Below, one piece after another: positions 16,773 to 23,499 of a stretch of 23,499 nt of DNA. Where the stretch lies: contig JAXDQU010000111.1 of the NCBI GenBank assembly GCA_034667685.1, positions 1 through 23,499 on the forward strand. The letters run 5' to 3'. How positions within the stretch are numbered: position 1 is the stretch's first letter; each line of letters opens with the position of its first letter. The DNA comes from Thermoplasmata archaeon. GTDB taxonomy: Archaea > Thermoplasmatota > SW-10-69-26 > JACQPN01 > JAJPHT01. The notes under the pieces were generated by a model. The model did no database searches. It was not told the DNA's origin and was given only the letters and a program-made list of their open reading frames with translations. The translations under genes were made by a program, and so were the position numbers.

Positions 16773-16847
16773 GGCGCTCCCTTCCCAACACCGAGAATCC
16801 CGGAATCCGCGGATGCCTCGGATACGAGGTGTCAGGAAAGGAGCGCC
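16773..16847. repeat. 20-bp imperfect inverted repeat in a divergent intergenic region
   Basis: GGCGCTCCCTTCCCAACACC (16773-16792) and GGTGTCAGGAAAGGAGCGCC (16828-16847), 17/20 Watson-Crick. Confidence 0.75.
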
Positions 16848-16904
16848 ACGACGACGAGCATGGTCGGCGGCACACCCTCGCCCTCCATGCAGAAGCCCCC
16901 AATC

Positions 16905-16909
16905 TTTAT
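16905..16909 (+). promoter_or_regulatory. TATA-like box of the biotin carboxylase operon
   Basis: TTTAT 27-31 nt before ATG 16936 and no SD motif; consistent with leaderless archaeal mRNA. Confidence 0.55.
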
Positions 16910-16935
16910 CCCCCACCGCCCGGCTGCGCCGACCC

Positions 16936-18465
16936 ATGTTCAAGAAGGTCCTCGTGGCGAACCGCGGCGAGATCGCGGTGCGGGTGTTCCGCGCCTGCCG
17001 CGAGATGGGGATCAAGACCGTCGCGGTCTACTCCGAGGCGGACGCCGACGCGCCCCACGTCAAGATGGCCGACGAGGCCGTGCTGCTGGGCCCCGCGCCT
17101 TCGCTCCAGAGCTACCTGGTCAAGGAGAAGATCATCAAGGCCGCGCAGGACACGGGCGCCGACGCCATCCACCCGGGCTACGGCTTCCTCTCCGAGAAGA
17201 GCGACTTCGTGCGCCTCTGCGAGAAGGCCGGGATCAAGTTCATCGGCCCCACCTCGAAGGCGATGGATGCGATGGGCGACAAGGTGTCGGCCAAGCGCAA
17301 CGCGATCAAGGCCGGCGTGCCCGTGGCGCCCGCGTCCGACGGCGCGGTGCACGCGGGCGACGCGAAGAAGGTCGTCGAGAAGATCGGCCTCCCGGTCATC
17401 GTCAAGGCGGTGCACGGCGGCGGCGGCATGGGCATGCGCGTCGTGCGCAGCATGGACGAGCTCGACAAGGCCGTCCGCGACGCGAGCGCGCAGGCCGCGA
17501 GCGCCTTCGGCAGCGAAGAGGTCTTCATCGAGAAGTTCATCGAGGACCCGCACCACATCGAGTTCCAGATCCTGGGCGACGAGCACGGCCACGTGATCTA
17601 CCTGGGCGAGCGCGAGTGCAGCATCCAGCGCCGCAACCAGAAGCTCCTCGAGGAGGCGCCCTCGCCTTCCATCACGCCGGAGCAGCGCAAGGAGATCGGG
17701 GACCGCTGCGTGAAGCTCGCGAAGAGCGTCGGCTACTCGTGCGCCGGCACGATGGAGTTCCTCTACAAGGACGGCCAGTTCTACTTCATGGAGATGAACA
17801 CGCGCCTCCAGGTCGAGCACCCGGTCACGGAGCTCGTCACCGGCGTGGACCTCGTGAAGTGGCAGCTCCGCGTCGCGAGCGGCGAGAAGCTCACCATCAA
17901 GCAGGATGACGTCAAGATGCGCGGCCACGCGCTGGAGCTGCGCATCAACGCCGAGGACGCCTACAACGGCTTCGCGCCCGCGCCCGGCCTCGTCACGAAG
18001 CTCGTGCGCCCCGCGGGCCCGGGCGTGCGCGTGGACGACGGCATCGCGGAGGGCTTCACCATCCCCAGCACGTATGATAGCATGGTGATGAAGCTCATCA
18101 CGCACGCCGAGACGCGCCACGACAACCTGGAGCGGATGGACCGCGCGCTCAACGAGCTCGTCCTGGAAGGCCAGCTCAAGACCAACGTCCCCTTCCACCG
18201 GATGGTGCTCCACAACAAGGCGTTCGTCGCCGGCCAGCTCGACACGGGCTTCATCGCGAAGCAGAAGATCATGGAGGCGCTGGAGGCCGAGGCCAAGGTC
18301 GCGGCCCGCGCCCGCGCGGAGCGCGCCGCCGTGCTCGTCGCGGCCCTCACCCGCGCGCCGGGCGGGGGGATCCGCGGCGTCCACCACCGACAGACGGCGC
18401 CGAAGCCGCTCGCGGGCCCCGAGGCGGCGACCCCTGCCTGGGCGATGCGCCACAGGAGGATCTGA
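16936..18465 (+). CDS. accC: Biotin carboxylase subunit of an acyl-CoA (acetyl/propionyl/methylcrotonyl) carboxylase
   Basis: MFKKVLVANRGEIA, IHPGYGFLSE, GGGGMGMR, ERECSIQRRNQK, EMNTRLQVEHPVTE, RINAED. Confidence 0.95.
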   Translation: MFKKVLVANRGEIAVRVFRACREMGIKTVAVYSEADADAPHVKMADEAVLLGPAPSLQSYLVKEKIIKAAQDTGADAIHPGYGFLSEKSDFVRLCEKAGIKFIGPTSKAMDAMGDKVSAKRNAIKAGVPVAPASDGAVHAGDAKKVVEKIGLPVIVKAVHGGGGMGMRVVRSMDELDKAVRDASAQAASAFGSEEVFIEKFIEDPHHIEFQILGDEHGHVIYLGERECSIQRRNQKLLEEAPSPSITPEQRKEIGDRCVKLAKSVGYSCAGTMEFLYKDGQFYFMEMNTRLQVEHPVTELVTGVDLVKWQLRVASGEKLTIKQDDVKMRGHALELRINAEDAYNGFAPAPGLVTKLVRPAGPGVRVDDGIAEGFTIPSTYDSMVMKLITHAETRHDNLERMDRALNELVLEGQLKTNVPFHRMVLHNKAFVAGQLDTGFIAKQKIMEALEAEAKVAARARAERAAVLVAALTRAPGGGIRGVHHRQTAPKPLAGPEAATPAWAMRHRRI

Positions 18466-18469
18466 TATC

Positions 18470-18934
18470 ATGCGCGTCCTCATTGAAATCGAAGGCGAGG
18501 AGTACGAGTGCGTGCTCCAGCGCGAGGGCGAGGTCGTCAAGGTCGACGTCGGCGGCACGCCCTTCGAGGTCAAGCTCGGCGAGGGCGGCCAGGTCACGTT
18601 GGGCGGCAAGCGCCACGTGGTCGAGCTGCGCGAGAAGGACGCCCGCATCGACGGCCAGGACGTGCGCTTCCGCATCGCCGACCTGCGCGCGGGCGGCGCG
18701 GGCGAGAAGGGCGGCGCGCGCGGAGCCCGCATCCGCCCCCCCATGCCCGGCAAGATCGTCAACGTCGCCGTGCAGGAGGGCCAGGAGGTCGCCGCCGGCC
18801 ACGTCCTGCTCATCCTCGAAGCGATGAAGATGCAGAACGAGATCGTGGCTCCTTCTGCGGGAACGATCAAGAAGATCCACGTCAAGCCCGGACAGAACGT
18901 CGAAGGCAAGGACGTGCTCCTCGAGATCGAGTGA
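18470..18934 (+). CDS. accB: Biotin carboxyl carrier protein
   Basis: PMPGKI...LEAMKMQNEI biotinylation motif. Confidence 0.93.
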   Translation: MRVLIEIEGEEYECVLQREGEVVKVDVGGTPFEVKLGEGGQVTLGGKRHVVELREKDARIDGQDVRFRIADLRAGGAGEKGGARGARIRPPMPGKIVNVAVQEGQEVAAGHVLLILEAMKMQNEIVAPSAGTIKKIHVKPGQNVEGKDVLLEIE

Positions 18935-19021
18935 TCGGCTTATCGCCCCCGCAGCGGCGCTTCAGCGCCGCGGAGCGGGGCGTGTAGGGCGCGTTGCCGG
19001 CTGGCGCGCCAGCCGATGTCT

Positions 19022-19145
19022 GAACGAGATCGTTGCGCCCTCCGCGGGCACGATCAAGAAGATCCACGTCAAGCCCGGACAGAACGTCGAAGGGAAGGAC
19101 GTGCTCCTCGAGATCGAGTGATGGGCTTATCGCCCCCGCAGCGGC
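19022..19145 (+). repeat. 124-bp direct duplicate of the BCCP 3' end and downstream flank (18835-18958)
   Basis: 117/124 identical; retains NEIVAPSAGTIKKIHVKPGQNVEGKDVLLEIE-stop but lacks the biotinylated Lys. Confidence 0.95.
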
Positions 19146-19154
19146 CTTTTGGGA

Positions 19155-21224
19155 TCACCCCGCCACGCGCGCGTCGCCGTGGTTCGCGCCGTCGCCCACG
19201 TGCGCCGCCGCGGTCCAGCCGTGCGCGAGCGCGGCGTCGAGGGGCAGCTCGAAGCGGAGCACGCCCGCCGCGTCCGTCGTGCCCGTGACCGTCTGGGGCG
19301 GAAGGAGCGGCGCGTTCCGCTGGAACGCGATCGTCACCGTGGCGCCGGCGACGGGCGCGCCATCGAGGTAGGTCGCGACGAGCGTCCCCTTCGGGCCGTG
19401 GCCCAGCGCGGGCATGCCGGCGTCCATCGTCATCGAGACGGGGAACGCGTCGCGCACGTCGACGAAGCCGTAGCCGCCGACCGCGCCGTCGGTCGCGTAG
19501 ACCGCCTGCGTGCCCACCTGGCTCCCGACGAAGACGCCCGTGGCGTTGACGGCGCCGCCGTACACCGGGGACCACGTGATCGGGCCGGCGTCCACGTCGT
19601 TGCCGAACGCGTCGTGGCCCTGCGCGCGGAACGCGACCGGGCGCCCAAGGTTCACCGGCGAGCGCGCGGGGCTCACCGCGAGCGAGGCGATCGGGCCGGG
19701 CGTGACCGTGACGTCGCGCGCGAGGTCGTGGTACGCGCCCTGCGCGTAGACGCGCGCATGGATCGTCTGCGGCCCGGGGCGCGTGAGGTACACGCTCCAG
19801 GTGGACGGGCTCGTGGGCACGAGATTCTCGTACTGGTCGAGCGCGACGACCTCGTACGTCGCGCGCCCGCCCGCCTGGACCGTGTCGGGCCCGTCGAGGC
19901 GGAGCACGGTCGCCGCGTCGGGCACGACCTGGACGTCGAGCGATCCGGTCACGCCGTCGCGCGTGTAGGTCATGGTCGCGGGGCCCGCGAGGGTCGGCGC
20001 GGTCCACGAGACGAGGTCGTCGAACACGACGTTGCCGTAGGCGTCGCGGCCCCAGGCGCGAAGCGCGAGGTCGTGGCCGGCGGGGACGCTGGTCCCGGGC
20101 GGGGCCAGCAGCTCGATCCGCTCGAGCGGCGCGGGGACCACCGTGAAGGGGTGGCACAGGTCGCCGCTGCAGAAGCGGAGGTCGCGCGGCGCCTGCGTGA
20201 ACGTGTACGTGAAGTCGTTCGCGTACGCGACGTTGCCGTAGGCGTCGAAGTTGTCGACGTGGAAGGTGATCGGCTCGCCCGCGACGACGCTGTCGGGGCC
20301 CGTGATGGTGGTGTTTGTGACCGGGCCCGCGACGACGTGGTAGACGCTCTCCGCGTGGAGGCCGTTGCCGTCGGCCGTCACGGTGCAGTCCTGCGTCGTC
20401 GTGGGCAGCGTCCAGGACGCTCCGTCCAGCGTGCCGCAGCTCACGGCGAGCGCGTACCCCTCGAACGTCGCGAGGTTGCCCCACGCGTCGTAGCCCCACG
20501 CGCCAAGCTGGACCGTGGTCCCGACCGTGAGCCGGTCGTACCAGTCCGGCATGACGTGCACCGACGCGACGGGCCCCGGATACACGCCGAGGTGCTGCGT
20601 GTCGGTCGTCGAGGAGCCCAGCGCGTCCGTGACCGTGAGCGCGACGGCGTGCACGTCGTTGGCGTGCGTGTCGTTGATCGTGAGCGTGGGCCCGTCGCCG
20701 GCCGGCGCGCCGTCGAGCGTCCAGTGGTACGCGACGATCCCGCCGTCGTCCGTCGAGCCGCTCCCGTCCAGCGTGGTGGCGACGCCCGCGATGAGCTGCT
20801 GGTAGGCGAACGTGGCCCAGGGCGCGTAGTTGACGACGTCGAAGCGCGCGGTCTGGGAGTCGGAGATGCCGCACGCGCCCGAGACGGAGAACGTCGCGTC
20901 GTAGCTGCCCATCTCGAAATGCCGGGCGAAGTCCTGGCCGTCGACGTGGAGGCGGAAGGGCGAGCCGTCGGCGAGCGTGCCCGTGACGTCCCAGCCCCAC
21001 GCCTGGACGTTGCAGTCGGCGCCGGGCGCGTTGCCCATGAAGCGGATCTCGTCCTGCGTGTAGGACCACGTTTCGCCGGGCGCGGGCGAGTTGATCTGCG
21101 CGGTAAGCCAGGGCGCCTCGGCGATGGCGGCGGGGGGGAGAAGGGCGGCGCTGAGCACAAGGAGCGCCAGGATGGTACGGAACAGATGGAAGCCTCCAGC
21201 GCCGCGAAGCCCATGGCGCGTCAT
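19155..21224 (-). CDS. Secreted PKD/Ig-like repeat protein
   Basis: Signal peptide ([20 protein letters not shown]); PKD-like [21 protein letters not shown]; five DA[WYF]GN-type motifs; start approximate. Confidence 0.82.
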   Translation of the reverse strand: MTRHGLRGAGGFHLFRTILALLVLSAALLPPAAIAEAPWLTAQINSPAPGETWSYTQDEIRFMGNAPGADCNVQAWGWDVTGTLADGSPFRLHVDGQDFARHFEMGSYDATFSVSGACGISDSQTARFDVVNYAPWATFAYQQLIAGVATTLDGSGSTDDGGIVAYHWTLDGAPAGDGPTLTINDTHANDVHAVALTVTDALGSSTTDTQHLGVYPGPVASVHVMPDWYDRLTVGTTVQLGAWGYDAWGNLATFEGYALAVSCGTLDGASWTLPTTTQDCTVTADGNGLHAESVYHVVAGPVTNTTITGPDSVVAGEPITFHVDNFDAYGNVAYANDFTYTFTQAPRDLRFCSGDLCHPFTVVPAPLERIELLAPPGTSVPAGHDLALRAWGRDAYGNVVFDDLVSWTAPTLAGPATMTYTRDGVTGSLDVQVVPDAATVLRLDGPDTVQAGGRATYEVVALDQYENLVPTSPSTWSVYLTRPGPQTIHARVYAQGAYHDLARDVTVTPGPIASLAVSPARSPVNLGRPVAFRAQGHDAFGNDVDAGPITWSPVYGGAVNATGVFVGSQVGTQAVYATDGAVGGYGFVDVRDAFPVSMTMDAGMPALGHGPKGTLVATYLDGAPVAGATVTIAFQRNAPLLPPQTVTGTTDAAGVLRFELPLDAALAHGWTAAAHVGDGANHGDARVAG

Positions 21225-21300
21225 AAGCAGGATGGCAGAAGTTTGTCGCGCCGGTGGGCGACGGCAAACGCTGAAATGCCTCCTGTCGCCTCGCGCCGCC

Positions 21301-22455
21301 ATGCCCTCGTTCGACCTCCCCGAGGACGACCGCCTGATCCTCAAGACGGTCCGCGAGTACGGCGAGTCCACGCTGGGCCCGCGCGCGAAGGAGCGCGACG
21401 AGAAGATGATCTTCCCGCGCAAGGAGATGGACGAGATGGCGAAGCTCGGCCTCCTGGGCGCGAACATCCCCGAGGCGTACGGCGGCGCCAACCTCCCCAC
21501 GCGCACGTTCGTGCTCATCATGGAGGAGCTGGCGCGCTGGGACGCGGCGGTCGCGGTGACGTACGGCGTGCACGCCAGCGTCGCGGTCTACCCGCTGCTG
21601 GAGAAGGGCTCCGAGGCGCAGAAGGCCGAGGCGCTGCCCAAGCTCGCGGCCGGCGAGCGCATCGGGTGCTTTTCGCTATCAGAGCCAAGCGCCGGCTCCG
21701 ACCCGGGGGGCCTCCAGGCCACTGCCGTGAAGGACGGGGACGGCTACCGCATCAACGGCACGAAGGTGTGGGTCACGAACGGCCACGAGGCGGGCCACGT
21801 CATCCTCATCGCGCGCACCGACCCGGCGGCCGGCAACCGCGGCCTGAGCGCGTTCCTGCTCACCGACCCGTTCCCCAAGGGTTTCAAGCTCGGCGCCAAG
21901 GAGCACAAGATGGGCATCCGCGGCAGCGTCACGAGCACGTTCCACCTGGAGGACATGTGGGTCCCGGCCACCGCGCGCATCGGCGCGGAGGGCGACGGCT
22001 TCAAGCTCGCGATGAAGGCGCTCGACCCCTCGCGCATCGGCATCGGCGCGCAGGGCCTGGGCATCGCGCGCGCCGCCTACGAGGCGAGCCTCGCGTACGC
22101 CAACGAGCGCGAGCAGTTCGGCAGGAAGATCGGCTCGTTCCAGGCCGTGCAGTGGAAGCTCGCCGACATGGCGACGCGCATCGAGGCGGGGCGCCTGCTC
22201 ATCGCGCGCGCCGCCGAGCTGAAGGACGCGGGCCTGCCGTTCACCAAGGAGGCCGCGCAGGCGAAGTGGTTCTGCACCGAGCTTGCGCAGTGGGCCGCCA
22301 TCGAGGCCGTGCAGATCCACGGCGGCAACGGCTACACGACGGACTATCCCGTCGAGCGCTACATGCGCGACGCCAAGATCACGACGATCTACGAGGGCAC
22401 CAGCGAGATCCAGCAATTGGTGATCGCGCGGAACCTCGGGCTGCCGCCCAGCTAG
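21301..22455 (+). CDS. Acyl-CoA dehydrogenase
   Basis: [58 protein letters not shown]. Confidence 0.96.
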   Translation: MPSFDLPEDDRLILKTVREYGESTLGPRAKERDEKMIFPRKEMDEMAKLGLLGANIPEAYGGANLPTRTFVLIMEELARWDAAVAVTYGVHASVAVYPLLEKGSEAQKAEALPKLAAGERIGCFSLSEPSAGSDPGGLQATAVKDGDGYRINGTKVWVTNGHEAGHVILIARTDPAAGNRGLSAFLLTDPFPKGFKLGAKEHKMGIRGSVTSTFHLEDMWVPATARIGAEGDGFKLAMKALDPSRIGIGAQGLGIARAAYEASLAYANEREQFGRKIGSFQAVQWKLADMATRIEAGRLLIARAAELKDAGLPFTKEAAQAKWFCTELAQWAAIEAVQIHGGNGYTTDYPVERYMRDAKITTIYEGTSEIQQLVIARNLGLPPS

Positions 22456-22895
22456 CCACCGCGCCGCGCCCAGAGCCCGTAGGCGTTCTGCAGCTCCGCG
22501 TCGCGGAAGAGCAGGATGATATCAGGCAGGCACGCCGCGCCCAGCACGATGCCAAGCGCCAGCGTGACGTACGTCGCGAGGTCGCGCTCCGCGACGAAGA
22601 GCAGGCGCAGCGGCACGAGGATCGCGAGCAGCGCGACCAGCGCCGCGGCGACGACCGCGCCCAGCCGCTGCGCGCGGACGCCCCACGCGCACGCGAGCGC
22701 GGCCGCGGCGCCCAGGCCCCACCCGACGCTGCGGTCGGCGACCGCGTTCACGGCCATCAGCAGCGCGCCGATCGCGAGCAGGCCAGCGAGGCGGCGGCGG
22801 GCGGCGGGCGCGGCGCGGGCGATGCGCGTCTCCGCGTAGGGGATCTCCGCCTCGGCGTCCACCTCGACGTCGAGCACGTTCGCGCGCTTGACCAC
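22452..22895 (-). CDS. Membrane hypothetical protein
   Basis: Four hydrophobic segments; GTG start at 22895 is inferred; the listed longer ORF overlaps the next gene. Confidence 0.62.
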   Translation of the reverse strand: MVKRANVLDVEVDAEAEIPYAETRIARAAPAARRRLAGLLAIGALLMAVNAVADRSVGWGLGAAAALACAWGVRAQRLGAVVAAALVALLAILVPLRLLFVAERDLATYVTLALGIVLGAACLPDIILLFRDAELQNAYGLWARRGG

Positions 22896-22997
22896 GGGCG
22901 GCGAGAGAGGCCCCCGCTCTTGAGGGTGACGCCGGGCGTCACGCGCGCACCCGGGGCAGGCAGCACGCTTATGGAGGGTCGCCGCCCCCCTCTCCGC

Positions 22998-23156
22998 ATG
23001 GATTGCGAGTTCTGCCACTCCGAGCTGCCTGACGTCGAGCCCGAGAACCTGGCGCTCCTGGAGCACGTGCAGGCGAGCGAGGCGTGCAACGAGCAGTTCG
23101 GCTACCTCATCGAGAACCTGAACACGTCCTGGACGGCCTCGATGTCGGGCGGCTGA
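22998..23156 (+). CDS. Small C2HC zinc-finger-like protein, 52 aa
   Basis: MDCEFCHSELPDVEPENLALLEHVQASEACNEQFGYLIENLNTSWTASMSGG; CTTAT at 22968-22972; strong GC3. Confidence 0.78.
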   Translation: MDCEFCHSELPDVEPENLALLEHVQASEACNEQFGYLIENLNTSWTASMSGG

Positions 23157-23440
23157 GGTCGAGCCGCGTCTCCCAGGTCCGCTCGAAGCCGAGCCGCGCG
23201 TCGAGCCTGCGTCCCATCGGCGCGTGCAACACCATCTTTTGATAGCCCCGAGCGCGCGACCACCTGATCGTCTCCTTCACGCTCCGCGCCGCGCCCGTCG
23301 TGCTCCGGCTCGGTGTCGAGGAGAGCACGTAGGCGCGAGGAGCAGGTCGTCCGGCGGCTGGACGTCTTGGAGCCAGGCGCACCCGCTCGCGATTGGCTGG
23401 CTCGCCCGATCCACGACGAACGCGGCGAGGTGTGCCCTGC
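23150..23440 (-). pseudogene. Frameshifted GNAT acetyltransferase remnant
   Basis: Collinear GNAT pieces in three frames: AFVVDRASQPIASGCAWLQ / RAYVLS / DTEPEHDGRG / ETIRWSRARGYQKMVLHA.MGRRLDARLGFERTWE. Confidence 0.75.
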
Positions 23441-23461
23441 TCGGGCCGCGGCTTCGCTTTC

Positions 23462-23499
23462 CGCCATCACGCCAAGACGCCAACACGCCGCGTGTTGGC
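23462..23499. repeat. Octamer tandem repeat ending in a hairpin, cut by the window edge
   Basis: CGCCATCA CGCCAAGA CGCCAACA; GCCAACACG-CCG-CGTGTTGGC at 23479-23499. Confidence 0.6.

Noticed and set aside
18835-19145. DGR template/variable repeat pair
   Set aside because: Differences are not adenine-specific, are all silent in the coding part, and there is no reverse transcriptase in the window
19149-23156. Very long alternative-frame ORFs (1335 aa here; also 10132-12696, 1806-3953, 19069-21573, 16906-18909)
   Set aside because: Arg/Gly/Ala-rich shadows of real genes, caused by stop-codon scarcity at high GC
22998-23156. SAMP/ubiquitin-like modifier suggested by the C-terminal GG
   Set aside because: Too short and lacks a beta-grasp pattern; looks like a zinc finger

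Overview
Very GC-rich, gene-dense chromosomal window, most likely from an archaeon. Evidence: an ArnR1-like wHTH, a PGF-pre-PGF surface protein, a tandem Lrp/AsnC regulator, a small CxxC protein and TATA-like boxes about 27-32 nt upstream of several starts; a high-GC Thermoplasmatota-type lineage is an inference. It holds about 27 supportable CDSs and one frameshifted GNAT pseudogene. These include an SDR, an EXORDIUM/Phi-1-like secreted protein, a TIP-like aquaporin, a Drr-type ABC exporter, an MBL hydrolase, a CDP-alcohol phosphatidyltransferase, a DAO-family oxidase, a CPBP protease, biotin carboxylase plus BCCP, a PKD/Ig protein and an acyl-CoA dehydrogenase. No transposase, integrase, CRISPR array, tRNA or rRNA is visible. 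The most unusual signals are intergenic. (1) Two genes have a duplicated 3' end, and within the coding part the copies differ only by synonymous changes, with a short palindromic insert between them. (2) A repeated hairpin scaffold has a variable segment that in one copy matches the adjacent gene end. (3) A candidate ~105-nt small RNA has its own TATA box, alternative stems and a T-tract. (4) Several unrelated REP-like palindrome families are present. All functional calls come from motif recognition by eye; no searches were run.
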